Part shown: one piece after another, positions 37,480 to 48,164 of the stretch
Layout: every line of letters starts with the position of its first letter
Position numbering within the stretch: the first letter of the stretch is position 1
Source of the DNA: a bacterium
Lineage (GTDB): Bacteria; Bacteroidota; Bacteroidia; Bacteroidales; Muribaculaceae
Direction of reading: 5' to 3'
Assembly: GCA_004559845.1 (NCBI GenBank)
Contig: SFWW01000003.1
Span: forward strand, 1-48,933
DNA length: 48,933 nucleotides
The notes under the pieces: model-generated
Databases searched by the model: none
Seen by the model: only the letters and a program-made list of their open reading frames with translations
Told to the model about the DNA's origin: nothing
Made by a program: the position numbers and the translations under genes

Positions 37480-38962
37480 TACCTACTACGGAACGCTCAT
37501 TTTTGAGTTATCGAAACCGGGGCGTAAGGGCTATTCCCTTCCCAAAAACGAACTGAGTGAATATTCCTCTTCGGCGCTGCCTGCACACTTGCTGCGCGAG
37601 AAAGCGCCTGCGCTGCCTGAAGTGGACGAACTCTCTGTGGTGCGTCACTACACCAATATGAGCAACAATAATTTCGGCGTGGACACCGGATTCTATCCCT
37701 TGGGCTCGTGCACCATGAAGTATAATCCGAAAATCAACGATGAAATGGCGGCTCTTCCACAATTCACCGGCTTGCACCCACTGCAAAATGTGGAAACCGT
37801 GCAGGGTGCTTTGGCGGTGTACTATCATTTGCAACGCAGCCTGTCGGAGATTGCCGGAATGAGCGAATTCACGCTTAATCCGTTTGCCGGTGCACACGGC
37901 GAACTCACCGGATTGATGGTGATTCGTCGCTATCACGAAAGCCGCGGCGATGCCAAGCGCACCAAAATCATTGTGCCCGATAGCGCTCACGGCACCAACC
38001 CTGCCAGCGCTGCCGTGTGCGGGCTCGATGTGGTGGAAGTGAAGAGCAAACCCGATGGACGCGTGGATGTGGATGATTTAAAACCACTGCTCGACGACAC
38101 CATCGCCGGAATGATGATGACCAACCCCAACACGCTGGGCTTGTTTGAAAACAATATTGCCGAAATCGCACAATTGGTGCACGATTGCGGTGGATTGATG
38201 TATTACGACGGCGCTAACCTCAACCCGATGCTGGGCAAATGCCGACCGGGCGACATCGGCTTCGATGTGATGCACATCAATCTGCACAAAACCTTCTCCA
38301 CGCCTCACGGTGGAGGCGGTCCGGGTAGCGGCCCTATCGGCGTGCGCGAAGGACTGGAGCAATTTTTGCCCAATCCGCGCGTAACCTGCGACTTCGACGA
38401 CGACGGTATGGTGGACTACAAGATTGAGATGGGCGAGCAGTCGCTTGGCAGCATCAGCGGCTTCTTGGGCAATTTCGGCGTAATGATGCGTGCCCTCACC
38501 TATATCGTGACCCTCGGTAGCGACAATCTGAAATGGGTGGGACCTCTTGCCACACTCAATGCCAACTATATCAAAGAATCGCTCAAAGACTGCTACGAAC
38601 TGCCTATTGAAGGCGTGTGCAAACATGAGTTTGTGTTCGATGGATTGAAAGATAAGAGCACCGGCGTCACTACCTTGGATGTGGCTAAACGCTTGCTCGA
38701 CTATGGCTACCACGCTCCCACCATCTATTTCCCGCTCCTTTTCCATCAGGCTTTGATGATTGAGCCCACCGAAAATGAAAGCAAGGAAACCCTCGATGGC
38801 TTTATTGCCGTGATGAAAAAGATTGCACAGGAAGCGAAAGAGAATCCCGATTTGGTGAAAACCGCACCCCACTCTACGCCGGTGCGACGACTCGACGACA
38901 CCAAGGCTGCGCTGAAGCAAATCGTGACTTGGGATGAACTTTGCGCCACCGATGAACTCTAA
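37472..38962 (+). CDS. gcvPB: Glycine dehydrogenase subunit 2
   Basis: PLGSCTMKYNP, SAHGTNPASA, NLHKTFSTPHGGGGPG PLP lysine. Confidence 0.95.
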   Translation: MNNTYYGTLIFELSKPGRKGYSLPKNELSEYSSSALPAHLLREKAPALPEVDELSVVRHYTNMSNNNFGVDTGFYPLGSCTMKYNPKINDEMAALPQFTGLHPLQNVETVQGALAVYYHLQRSLSEIAGMSEFTLNPFAGAHGELTGLMVIRRYHESRGDAKRTKIIVPDSAHGTNPASAAVCGLDVVEVKSKPDGRVDVDDLKPLLDDTIAGMMMTNPNTLGLFENNIAEIAQLVHDCGGLMYYDGANLNPMLGKCRPGDIGFDVMHINLHKTFSTPHGGGGPGSGPIGVREGLEQFLPNPRVTCDFDDDGMVDYKIEMGEQSLGSISGFLGNFGVMMRALTYIVTLGSDNLKWVGPLATLNANYIKESLKDCYELPIEGVCKHEFVFDGLKDKSTGVTTLDVAKRLLDYGYHAPTIYFPLLFHQALMIEPTENESKETLDGFIAVMKKIAQEAKENPDLVKTAPHSTPVRRLDDTKAALKQIVTWDELCATDEL

Positions 38963-38975
38963 ACACGAAAGTCGT

Positions 38976-40313
38976 ATGTTCGATATCATTATCATAGGAG
39001 CAGGACCCGGCGGCTACGAAATGGCTGCCGAGGCTGCTCAGCATGGCTTGAAGGTGGCTATCGCCGAGCGTGACCACCTGGGTGGCACCTGCCTGAATCG
39101 CGGCTGTATACCCACCAAAGCGCTGTGCCGCAATGCCGAAGTGGTTCACTTGCTGAAAAGTGCCGAATCCTTTGGCGTAACCATCGAAGGTATGTGTGTG
39201 AACTATGCCCGCGCGGTGGAACGCAAAGATGCCGTAGTGAGCCAATTGCGCGATGGCATTGCCTTGCTGCTTAATCATCCGCAAGTGAGCATTTTCCACG
39301 GAGAAGCATCAATTGTGGATGCACACACCGTGGAAGTGGGAAACGAAAAATTGGAAGGCCGCCATTTGGTGATTGCCACCGGCTCCGCCCCCAAAGCGCT
39401 TCCCATTGAAGGCGCTGAGTATGCTTACAACAGCGACCAATTGCTCTCGCTCACCTCGCTGCCAAAAAGCCTTTGTGTGATTGGAGGCGGCGTGATTGGT
39501 ATGGAATTTGCCGGCATTTTCAGCAGTTTTGGTGTGGAAGTAACTGTGGTGGAATTCTGCAAAGAAATTCTTCCGCCTTTCGACAAAGATGTGGCTAAAC
39601 GCTTACGCACTGCTATGAGTAAGCGCGGCGTGGACATTAAAGTGGGGGCTGCCGTGAAAGCCATTGCCAAATGCGGCGATGCCTACGAGGTGACCTACGA
39701 AGCGAAAGGCAAAGCATGCACCATTGCGTGTGAAGCCGTGCTAATGGCTGTGGGACGCCGTCCCGTGATACCTGCCGGCGCTGAAGCCATTGGCATAAAG
39801 GTGAACAGTCGCGGCATTGAAGTGGATGAAAATATGCAAACTTCGGTGCCGGGTGTATACGCCATCGGCGATGTCAACGGCTTGTGTATGTTGGCTCACG
39901 CTGCATCCGCGCAGGGTATGCGGGCACTCCACGCCATTGAAGGCGTGCCCGATGCCACAATCCTTAGCATTGTGCCAAGTGCGGTGTTCACCTCGCCGGA
40001 AATGGCAATGGTGGGGCTCACTGAGGAGCAGTGCAAGGCGCAAGATTTGGATGTGAGCGTGAAGAAAGGTTTCTTCCGTGCCAACGGCAAAGCGCTTGCC
40101 ATGGGCGAAACCGATGGATTGGTGAAAATGATTGTCGACAATGCTTCGCGCCAAATTGTGGGTTGCCACATTTGTGGCGCTCATGCTGCCGACCTCATCC
40201 AAGAGGTGGTGATGGCGATGAATGCGGGAGCCTCAGTCGATGCCCTCTCTTCGAGCATTCACGGTCACCCCACGCTCAGCGAAGTAATCCTTAGTGTGGC
40301 ACGCCAATTCTAA
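38976..40313 (+). CDS. lpdA: Dihydrolipoyl dehydrogenase (L protein); start reassigned to 38976
   Basis: GAGPGG, GGTCLNRGCIPTK, GGGVIG.E, HPTLSE. Confidence 0.95.
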   Translation: MFDIIIIGAGPGGYEMAAEAAQHGLKVAIAERDHLGGTCLNRGCIPTKALCRNAEVVHLLKSAESFGVTIEGMCVNYARAVERKDAVVSQLRDGIALLLNHPQVSIFHGEASIVDAHTVEVGNEKLEGRHLVIATGSAPKALPIEGAEYAYNSDQLLSLTSLPKSLCVIGGGVIGMEFAGIFSSFGVEVTVVEFCKEILPPFDKDVAKRLRTAMSKRGVDIKVGAAVKAIAKCGDAYEVTYEAKGKACTIACEAVLMAVGRRPVIPAGAEAIGIKVNSRGIEVDENMQTSVPGVYAIGDVNGLCMLAHAASAQGMRALHAIEGVPDATILSIVPSAVFTSPEMAMVGLTEEQCKAQDLDVSVKKGFFRANGKALAMGETDGLVKMIVDNASRQIVGCHICGAHAADLIQEVVMAMNAGASVDALSSSIHGHPTLSEVILSVARQF

Positions 40314-40333
40314 AGCATTTATCATTATTCTTC

Positions 40334-40369
40334 AGGCGGTGGCACATAGGCTTGGTGCCATCGCCTTTC
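40334..40369 (+). terminator. Probable terminator of the gcv operon
   Basis: AGGCGGTGGCAC / GTGCCATCGCCT stem then TT. Confidence 0.6.
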
Positions 40370-40491
40370 ATCCGACAATCCTTTTGCACATCACTCTGCC
40401 TTTATGTGCAGTTTTTGCCACGTTTTTCCTTTATTTTGAAAACAACGCAAAATAGTGACTTTATTTCAAACCGCAAACAAATAATTTTTCG

Positions 40492-40499
40492 TATTTTTG
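40492..40499 (+). promoter_or_regulatory. -7 promoter element for men operon
   Basis: TATTTTTG 34 bp upstream of the thioesterase. Confidence 0.5.
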
Positions 40500-40532
40500 T
40501 AAGTTTTTCAAAAGGAAAAATTTGCGACTATT

Positions 40533-40949
40533 ATGAATTTGGATAAATTTATTGCAATGGCTGACAAGACGGAGTTCCTCGCTACCACATTAGGTATGCA
40601 ACTTGTCAGCACCCCGGACCCTAACGAAGCAGTATGCACCCTTAAAGTAACGCAAGCCGTAGGTCAGCCTTTCGGCTACCTTAATGGCGGCACGTCGTTG
40701 GCAGTGGCAGAAAATCTTGCAGGAATTGGTAGTATCACTTTAGATGAAGATCACATGCCGATGGGGCTTCATGTAACGGGCGACCACTTGCATACTGTGC
40801 CTATCGGTTCCACCATTAAAGCTGTGGCTAAAATCCTACATAAGGGGAAGCACACTCACGTGTGGAATGTTGACATTTTCGATGAAGAAGGCACTTTGTG
40901 CTTCACAGGCAGAGTAACAAACTATCAATACAGTATCCACGATAAATGA
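40533..40949 (+). CDS. menI: PaaI/hotdog thioesterase, probable DHNA-CoA thioesterase
   Basis: QPFGYLNGG.SLA.AE, G..THVWNVDI; first gene of men operon. Confidence 0.8.
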   Translation: MNLDKFIAMADKTEFLATTLGMQLVSTPDPNEAVCTLKVTQAVGQPFGYLNGGTSLAVAENLAGIGSITLDEDHMPMGLHVTGDHLHTVPIGSTIKAVAKILHKGKHTHVWNVDIFDEEGTLCFTGRVTNYQYSIHDK

Positions 40950-41974
40950 AGCCTTTCGCCATTTACCGACTCCCGGGCGAGCACTTCGCCACACGCATCA
41001 GTGCATCCAAAATCGCTGTGCCGACTGATTGTTGCGACCTCAACTCCCGAAGCGGCTTTGTGATTGCGCCTTTCATTCCATCTTCTCAATCGCCTTTGCT
41101 CTTGATTGAGCCGGAAGATGTGCGTGTGTTTGTGCCCGATGAGGACAATGGCGAACCTTTATGCTACGAAATATGTCATCACGCGTCGGTTAGCCGATTG
41201 GCTTATGCAAATGCGTTTTCTGCCTTCCACCAACGCCTCTCAGATGGCTCTTTTCGCAAGGTGGTGCTGGCGCGTAAGCTGGTGGTAAAAACGGAGTCGG
41301 AAGTCAATCCGATAAGAATGTTCAACCGTGCTTGCGCTTTGTATCCGCAGCAAATGGTGGTGCTGGTGAGTGCCGAGCCTTGCGGCACATGGCTGATGGC
41401 TACACCGGAAATTCTGCTTCAGCAGCGGGGCGAAATGTGGCGCACCATGGCGCTGGCGGGCACGATGAAAGCCGACAAAGAAGCACAGGGATGGAGCGTG
41501 AAAAACATCCGTGAGCAGCGGTTGGTGTCAACCTATATTAGCAAATGCCTTTACCAATATGCTCACCATGTGGATTTGCGCGGTCCGATGACGGCACATG
41601 CCGGGGCTTTGGTGCATCTCAAAAGCGAATTTTCATTTGAGCTCAACGATGTGGCGCATGTGGGCGATTTGCTGAATGAGCTCTACCCTACGCCTGCCGT
41701 GTGCGGTATTCCCAAAGATGCCACACGCGCCTTTATCTGTGAGCACGAACCGGCAGCACGTTCCTACTACAGCGGGTTTATGGGCCCGCTCAACATGGAT
41801 GGCTGTTCCGACCTCTATGTATCGCTGCGCTGTATGCAGATTTCCGGACGCTCTTGCGCGCTCTATGCCGGGGGTGGCCTCATTAGCGACAGCATTGAGC
41901 AGATGGAATGGGAAGAAACGGAAGCCAAGATGCTTACCATGCTCCGATGCTTTAACCCACAAAGTGATTTATGA
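40946..41974 (+). CDS. menF: Isochorismate synthase
   Basis: KVVLAR, ATPE.L, ALAGT, PTPAVCG, LYAGGG. Confidence 0.9.
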   Translation: MKPFAIYRLPGEHFATRISASKIAVPTDCCDLNSRSGFVIAPFIPSSQSPLLLIEPEDVRVFVPDEDNGEPLCYEICHHASVSRLAYANAFSAFHQRLSDGSFRKVVLARKLVVKTESEVNPIRMFNRACALYPQQMVVLVSAEPCGTWLMATPEILLQQRGEMWRTMALAGTMKADKEAQGWSVKNIREQRLVSTYISKCLYQYAHHVDLRGPMTAHAGALVHLKSEFSFELNDVAHVGDLLNELYPTPAVCGIPKDATRAFICEHEPAARSYYSGFMGPLNMDGCSDLYVSLRCMQISGRSCALYAGGGLISDSIEQMEWEETEAKMLTMLRCFNPQSDL

Positions 41975-41977
41975 AAA

Positions 41978-43633
41978 ATGTATAGCAATAAAGAAAATAT
42001 CAATATCCTCACCGCACTATTAGTGAGTCACGGCATCACCGACGCAGTGGTGTGCCCGGGCTCGCGTAATGCCGCCATCATCCACAATTTGGCGGAGTGT
42101 CCAAAAATCAATTGCTATCCGGTAACCGACGAGCGTAGCGCCGCTTTCGTGGCTTTGGGCATGGCGCAAGCCTCTCATCGCCCGGTGGTGGTGTGTGTCA
42201 CATCAGGCACTGCCTTGCTCAACACGGCACCGGCTGTGGCAGAAGCCTCCTATCAGCACCAAGGCATCATCGTGATTTCTGCCGACCGACCCGCTGCATG
42301 GATTGGGCAAAACACAGGGCAAACCATGCCGCAACCCGGCGCTTTGGGCAATTTCGTGGGAAAATGCATCAACATTCCGGAGCCGCACTCCGATGAAGAA
42401 CGCTGGCACGTGAATCGCTTGGTGAATGAGGCGCTCATTGAGGCGAAGAAGCCATATCGCCCGAGTGTGCACATCAATGTGCCGCTGAGCGAACCGCTTT
42501 TCGATTACACGGTAAAAAAATTGCCTCAGGAAAGGAAAATTCAATTCTACGAAAAAGAATTGTGCAATACCGAACCTTTCATGGAGGAGTTTTTCAAAGC
42601 CAAACGACCCATGATTGTCATTGGGCAAACCGACGAACATACGTTGAACGATATTTTTGAGTCGCTGGAATTGCTCAACGAAAGGGCGGTTATCATCAAC
42701 GAAGCATTAGGTGCCTATTCCGAAATCTGCTCTGTGGATTTGGTGCTGAATGCCATTGAAGGTAAGGAGCATAAATATGTGCCCGACCTGGTGCTGCACA
42801 TGGGTGGCGAAATCGTTAGCAAACGCCTGAAAAATTTCCTGAAAAAGGCTAAAGTCACTTGGAGAATCAGCTTGAATGAAGAAATATCTGACACCTACCA
42901 AAACCTGGCAGGAGTGCTCTGCTGCGAATTAAAATCATTTTGCAATTTCGTGGAGGTGACCTACCAAATGCGAAATCCCCAAACTCCTCATTCCGCTATT
43001 TCCTTCTTGCGCTTATGGCAAAAAGCGCTGAGCGCTTCCGATGAATATATCATCCACTACAGCCCAAATTATTCGCAAGCTGCCGCTGTAAAAGCATTTG
43101 AACAGCAATTCTATATGTTGGATTATGCACCCCACGCCCTTTATGCCAATAGCAGTGCCATCCGACTTGCTAACCTTCTGGCTCGCCGACAGGTGTGGTG
43201 CAACCGTGGTATCAATGGCATTGAAGGCAGCGTGTCGACGGCGGTTGGATTTGCCTTAGCAACTGACATAAACGAAAAAGTGGTGCTGGTCACCGGCGAT
43301 TTGTCGTTTTTCTACGATAGCAATGCGCTGTGGAACAATAATCCGACGCCCAATTTGAGCATCTTGCTGCTTAATAATGGAGAAGGCGGCATTTTCCGAC
43401 AAGTTGAAGGGTTTGATGCTAATCCTTTTGCTGTGGGGCTACACAATGCCTCTGCAGAACACATTTGCAAACAGAATGGCGTGGATTATGTGGCGGTACA
43501 CAATATGCAAGAACTGGAAAATGGCATCAAACGCCTTTCTTGCGCTGACACTACTCTTGTGGTGGAGGTGTTCACTGACCCTGAAATCGATAAACAAGAA
43601 TTTGAAAAAATTTATACTTCTTTTAAATTATGA
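41978..43633 (+). CDS. menD: SEPHCHC synthase
   Basis: [46 protein letters not shown]. Confidence 0.95.
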   Translation: MYSNKENINILTALLVSHGITDAVVCPGSRNAAIIHNLAECPKINCYPVTDERSAAFVALGMAQASHRPVVVCVTSGTALLNTAPAVAEASYQHQGIIVISADRPAAWIGQNTGQTMPQPGALGNFVGKCINIPEPHSDEERWHVNRLVNEALIEAKKPYRPSVHINVPLSEPLFDYTVKKLPQERKIQFYEKELCNTEPFMEEFFKAKRPMIVIGQTDEHTLNDIFESLELLNERAVIINEALGAYSEICSVDLVLNAIEGKEHKYVPDLVLHMGGEIVSKRLKNFLKKAKVTWRISLNEEISDTYQNLAGVLCCELKSFCNFVEVTYQMRNPQTPHSAISFLRLWQKALSASDEYIIHYSPNYSQAAAVKAFEQQFYMLDYAPHALYANSSAIRLANLLARRQVWCNRGINGIEGSVSTAVGFALATDINEKVVLVTGDLSFFYDSNALWNNNPTPNLSILLLNNGEGGIFRQVEGFDANPFAVGLHNASAEHICKQNGVDYVAVHNMQELENGIKRLSCADTTLVVEVFTDPEIDKQEFEKIYTSFKL

Positions 43634-44451
43634 GAATCTGGAAAAAAATCGAGGGTTTCGATTTTAAGGAAATCCTGTTTGAAGAATACAATGGCATTGC
43701 CAAAATCACCATCAATCGTCCGCGCTATCGCAATGCTTTCACCCCTTGCACCACCACCGAAATGAGTCAAGCTTTTGCTTTCTGCCGCGAAGCGAGCCGC
43801 ATTAGCGTGGTGATTCTTACCGGTGCCGGCGACAAGGCTTTTTGCAGCGGTGGCGATATGAATGTGAAAGGTCGTGGCGGATATGTAGGCTCCGATGGCG
43901 TGCCTCGGCTGAATGTGCTTGATGTGCAGATGCAAATCCGCCGTTTGCCTAAGCCGGTGATTGCCATGGTGAATGGATACGCCATTGGCGGCGGCCATGT
44001 GCTCCACTTGGTGTGCGACCTGACCATTGCCTCCGAAAATGCCATCTTCGGACAAACCGGTCCTAAGGTGGGCTCTTTCGATGCCGGTTTCGGTTCTTCC
44101 TATTTGGCACGCATCGTGGGACAAAAAAAAGCACGCGAAATTTGGTTTCTCTGCCGACAATATTCTGCCCGTGAAGCGGAGCAAATGGGTATGGTCAACA
44201 AAGTGGTGCCTTTCGACCAACTCGAAGACACCTGTGTGGAATGGGCAGAAACCATGATGGAGCGCTCGCCTTTGGCGCTGCGTATGATTAAGGCCGGACT
44301 CAATGCCGAACTCGACGGGCAAGCGGGTATCCAAGAACTTGCAGGCGATGCCACTATGCTCTATTATTTCCTCGATGAGGCGCAAGAAGGCGGCAAGGCG
44401 TTCCTCGAAAAGCGTAAACCGGATTTCCAAAAATATCCTAAAATGCCGTAA
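43630..44451 (+). CDS. menB: 1,4-dihydroxy-2-naphthoyl-CoA synthase
   Basis: [30 protein letters not shown]. Confidence 0.97.
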   Translation: MRIWKKIEGFDFKEILFEEYNGIAKITINRPRYRNAFTPCTTTEMSQAFAFCREASRISVVILTGAGDKAFCSGGDMNVKGRGGYVGSDGVPRLNVLDVQMQIRRLPKPVIAMVNGYAIGGGHVLHLVCDLTIASENAIFGQTGPKVGSFDAGFGSSYLARIVGQKKAREIWFLCRQYSAREAEQMGMVNKVVPFDQLEDTCVEWAETMMERSPLALRMIKAGLNAELDGQAGIQELAGDATMLYYFLDEAQEGGKAFLEKRKPDFQKYPKMP

Positions 44452-44455
44452 GGCA

Positions 44456-45478
44456 ATGAATATCAGAATCGAAGAAAAAACACTGCATTTCAAGCAGCCG
44501 GCGGGCACTTCGCGGGGCATCTACACCACGCGCCACATTTGGCTGATATATGCCTCGGAGGGCACGCGCACCGGTGTGGGTGAGTGTGCACCGCTGCCGC
44601 AGTTGAGTTGCGACGATATCCCTCACTACGAGGCGGTGCTGCGCAATTTCTGCCGCCGGGTGGAGACTTCGGGGAGCATCCCTTACGAAGATTTGTCGCC
44701 TTTCCCGTCGATGCTGTTTGGCTTGGAAACGGCTCTTGCGAGTTTGCGCCATCCAGAGGGCTTGATTTTCGACACGCCGTTCTCTCGTGCACAGGAGGGC
44801 ATCCCTATTAATGGATTGGTGTGGATGGGCTCACACGAGGAAATGCTTCAGCGTTTGAAGGAAAAATTGGCGCTCGGCTTTCGCTGTGTGAAACTCAAAA
44901 TCGGTGCTATCGATTTTGCCAAAGAACTCGATTTGATTCAGCACATACGTCGCCACTTCGGCCCTGAAGAAGTGGAACTTCGAGTGGATGCTAATGGTGG
45001 GTTTTCGCCGGAGGTGGCGCTTGACAGACTTTCTGCTTTGGCAGCCTACCACATCCACAGCATTGAGCAGCCCATTATGGCACATCAGTGGGATGAGATG
45101 GCGCACCTTTGCCGGGTGTCGCCGCTACCTATCGCCTTGGATGAGGAACTCATTGGGGTGAACACAAGGGATGAAAAAATTCGGTTGCTCAATACCATCA
45201 AGCCGCAATACATCATTCTCAAACCTTCGCTCCACGGGGGCATTGCGGGTACGCTGCAATGGATTGATTTGGCACGGGAGCGGGGCATCGGCAGTTGGAT
45301 TACCAGTGCGCTGGAAAGTAATATCGGACTCAATGCCATTGCCCAACTCGCTGCCTATGCCTACGGTCCTCATATCACTATGCCGCAAGGCTTGGGCACC
45401 GGGATGCTGTTTACCGACAATATCCCTATGCCTTTGGAAATCAAAAACGATAGCCTATGGATTTCGAAGCATTCGTAG
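44456..45478 (+). CDS. menC: o-succinylbenzoate synthase (start reassigned to 44456)
   Basis: GECAPLP, KLKIG, RVDANG, IEQP, LDEE, ILKP. Confidence 0.92.
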   Translation: MNIRIEEKTLHFKQPAGTSRGIYTTRHIWLIYASEGTRTGVGECAPLPQLSCDDIPHYEAVLRNFCRRVETSGSIPYEDLSPFPSMLFGLETALASLRHPEGLIFDTPFSRAQEGIPINGLVWMGSHEEMLQRLKEKLALGFRCVKLKIGAIDFAKELDLIQHIRRHFGPEEVELRVDANGGFSPEVALDRLSALAAYHIHSIEQPIMAHQWDEMAHLCRVSPLPIALDEELIGVNTRDEKIRLLNTIKPQYIILKPSLHGGIAGTLQWIDLARERGIGSWITSALESNIGLNAIAQLAAYAYGPHITMPQGLGTGMLFTDNIPMPLEIKNDSLWISKHS

Positions 45479-46422
45479 CCGAATGGCATAACGATGACCC
45501 TTGCGTGGTGGTGCACACCAGCGGCTCTACAGGCGCTCCAAAACCCCTTATGGTGGAAAAGCGACGCATGGAGGCAAGCGCTCGCATCACTTGCCATTTC
45601 TTGGGGCTCCGCCGGGGCGACGCTGCCTTGCTGTGCTTGCCGCTCGACTATATCGCCGGTAAAATGATGGTGGTGAGAGCCATCACCTGCGGACTAAATC
45701 TCATCAGAGTGGAACCTTCGGGGCATCCGTTGGCACAGGTGGATGCGCCCATCGATTTTGCCGCTATGGTGCCAATGCAGGTGGCGAACTCGCTAAAAGT
45801 GGCTGCCGAGCGCGAAAAACTCCGCGCCATTAAGCATCTTATTATTGGCGGAGGCGCCATTCTCCCCGATTTGGAACAAGAATTGAAAGATTTTCCGGGT
45901 GCGGTGTGGAGCACCTATGGCATGACAGAAACCCTCTCGCACATTGCCCTCCGTCGCCTCAATGGCAATGAGGCAAGTCGGTGGTACACGCCTTTTTCCG
46001 GCGTGAGGGTGAGCCTCGACAGCCGCGGATGCTTGGTGATTGACGCTCCTATGGTGTGCGAACAGCAACTCGTGACCAACGACTGCGCTGAACTCAGTGA
46101 CAATGGCTTTCGCATACTCGGCCGCATCGACAATGTGGTGTGCAGCGGGGGTATCAAAATCCAAATCGAGGAGGTGGAACAAGCGCTCAAGCCCCACATG
46201 ACTGCACCATTTATCATTACCAAAAAGCACGACCCCATTCTGGGAGAAGCGCTCACACTGCTCACTGAAGCGCACAACACCGATGAAGTGGCACAAATTT
46301 GCCAACGCTTTTTGCCCAAATACCACCAACCGCGCCACATTTATCACATCCACCAAGTGCCATACACCGAAACAGGAAAACCCGCAAGAGCCAAAGCACA
46401 AGCCATCGCCGCCCAATCTTAA
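45457..46422 (+). CDS. menE: o-succinylbenzoate-CoA ligase (short Bacteroidales form)
   Basis: TSGSTG.PK, YGMTET.SH, GRIDNV..SGG.K, TGK. Confidence 0.9.
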   Translation: MDFEAFVAEWHNDDPCVVVHTSGSTGAPKPLMVEKRRMEASARITCHFLGLRRGDAALLCLPLDYIAGKMMVVRAITCGLNLIRVEPSGHPLAQVDAPIDFAAMVPMQVANSLKVAAEREKLRAIKHLIIGGGAILPDLEQELKDFPGAVWSTYGMTETLSHIALRRLNGNEASRWYTPFSGVRVSLDSRGCLVIDAPMVCEQQLVTNDCAELSDNGFRILGRIDNVVCSGGIKIQIEEVEQALKPHMTAPFIITKKHDPILGEALTLLTEAHNTDEVAQICQRFLPKYHQPRHIYHIHQVPYTETGKPARAKAQAIAAQS

Positions 46423-46510
46423 CAATAACCCGTGTGAGCCTCCCCGGCTAACCTTCAATTTGGCATTCCCGATCAAAAATAGCCTACTTGTTGACTTGAA
46501 AAAAAAAGAT

Positions 46511-46518
46511 TATATTTG
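46511..46518 (+). promoter_or_regulatory. -7 promoter element for HAD gene
   Basis: TATATTTG 18 bp upstream of ATG. Confidence 0.55.
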
Positions 46519-46535
46519 CAAAAAATAACCACACT

Positions 46536-47390
46536 ATGACTACTGACAATCGACCTCAAATAGCACTCATCTACGATTTTGATGGCACGCTCGCACCGGG
46601 CAATATGCAAGAATTCGGCTTTATTCAAGCCATCGGCGACGACATTGACCAATTCTGGAAAAAATGCAACAAACTCGCTGAGAAAAATGATGCCAACCAC
46701 ATTCTCACCTACATGTACACCATGCTCAATGAAGCGCGTGCCGATGGCATTTCGCTCAAGCGAAAAAGTTTTAAAAAATTCGGCTCTATGGTGAAACTCT
46801 TCCCCGGCGTGGAACAATGGTTTACCGAAATCAACAAGGTGGGCGATGCGCTGGGGCTCGATGTGAAGCACTACATCAATTCGTCGGGGCTGCGAGAAAT
46901 GATTGAAGGCACTCCCATTTACCACGAATTTGAAGCCATCTATAGTAGCACCTATCTCTACGATGTGGATGGCGTGGCATATTGGCCGGGGCAAGCAGTG
47001 GACTCTATCGCCAAAACTCAATTCATTTTCAAAATAGCTCGAGGCATTAAAGAAATGAGCGATAATATGAAGGTGAACGAATATATGCCCTCTGAAGCAC
47101 TACCCGTGAAATACGAACACATGGTGTACTTTGGCGACGGATTTACCGACGTGCCCAGCATGACGCTCATACGCAACTATGGCGGTCACTCCGTGGCGGT
47201 CTATGCCGACGAATCCTGCAAAGAAAAAGCACAAAAACTCATCGAGCAACAGCGAGTGGACTTTATAGCAAAAGCCGACTACACCCTGAACGGAGAAATC
47301 TACAATGTGGTGACTTCCATTCTCAAAAAAATAAAAGCCGACCTCGATTTCAACTCCCTCCTCCACTCCCACAACCCCCACACCAAATAA
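46536..47390 (+). CDS. HAD-superfamily hydrolase
   Basis: YDFDGTL motif I, SSG motif II, KTQF, GDGFTD motif IV. Confidence 0.9.
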   Translation: MTTDNRPQIALIYDFDGTLAPGNMQEFGFIQAIGDDIDQFWKKCNKLAEKNDANHILTYMYTMLNEARADGISLKRKSFKKFGSMVKLFPGVEQWFTEINKVGDALGLDVKHYINSSGLREMIEGTPIYHEFEAIYSSTYLYDVDGVAYWPGQAVDSIAKTQFIFKIARGIKEMSDNMKVNEYMPSEALPVKYEHMVYFGDGFTDVPSMTLIRNYGGHSVAVYADESCKEKAQKLIEQQRVDFIAKADYTLNGEIYNVVTSILKKIKADLDFNSLLHSHNPHTK

Positions 47391-47525
47391 CCGATTAATT
47401 AACAGATTGATATAAAAAACGATATTTCGATATTTAACATTGCAAATTGTTACAGCGTTATTGTTGGTATTTCGAAAAATGTGGCTAATTTTGGAGCGAA
47501 TAAATCTAAACCAAAATTTTAAAGG

Positions 47526-47684
47526 ATGAAAAATTATGACTGTAACAAACTTATAGCTCTTTTGGTATTTGCTTTTGTTGCCCCTTTTGCGGTAGCCGGC
47601 GTCACAAAGGCAGTGCATATTCCGCGCAATGGGGATGCAGTTTGGGGAGAGCATCTTTATAATTGGGTTGATGCGAATTTTTGA
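47526..47684 (+). CDS. 52-aa ORF with signal-peptide-like N-terminus; small protein or gene remnant
   Basis: Manual translation MKNYDCNKLIALLVFAFVAPFAVAGVTKAVHIPRNGDAVWGEHLYNWVDANF; TAATTTTG -7 element about 35 bp upstream. Confidence 0.4.
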   Translation: MKNYDCNKLIALLVFAFVAPFAVAGVTKAVHIPRNGDAVWGEHLYNWVDANF

Positions 47685-47701
47685 ATCTTTATATTTATTT
47701 T

Positions 47702-48016
47702 ATGAAGACGATAAAGAAAATTGTTGATAAATATCTTTGGGTATGGAGTAAAATGGCTCCCGGTTATGACGAAGAAGGAGATTGGAGAGGAGGATTAATT
47801 GCTTTTAGTGTTCCTTTTTGGTGCTTGTGGCCAATGATAGCATTATATTTCTATTATCGTAAGGACAAAAAAGGACAAGCGATTATTAATTGCTACAATC
47901 GTTCAAAACTGAACAAAAGATATATTGTTTGTTGTATCGGAGTTATTTATTATCTTCTTTTGGGTGTGTTTCTATTTGTTTCTCTAAGTTTAATTGATTA
48001 TTATTTTGGTTGTTAA
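47702..48016 (+). CDS. AT-rich small membrane protein, hypothetical
   Basis: ATG 47702; two hydrophobic segments around basic YFYYRKDKKG..IINCY loop. Confidence 0.55.
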   Translation: MKTIKKIVDKYLWVWSKMAPGYDEEGDWRGGLIAFSVPFWCLWPMIALYFYYRKDKKGQAIINCYNRSKLNKRYIVCCIGVIYYLLLGVFLFVSLSLIDYYFGC

Positions 48017-48164
48017 CACTCTAACTGATTTTTTATATAATGCGAAACTTGGTATTTATTCTAATCACTTTCACTTGGGCTGGCTTTCGTGCCGAGAAGC
48101 TACAAGATGGGAGTAGTACAGCAAAGAAGGGAACATCAAGCCACAAAGCAAATAAACACAATAT

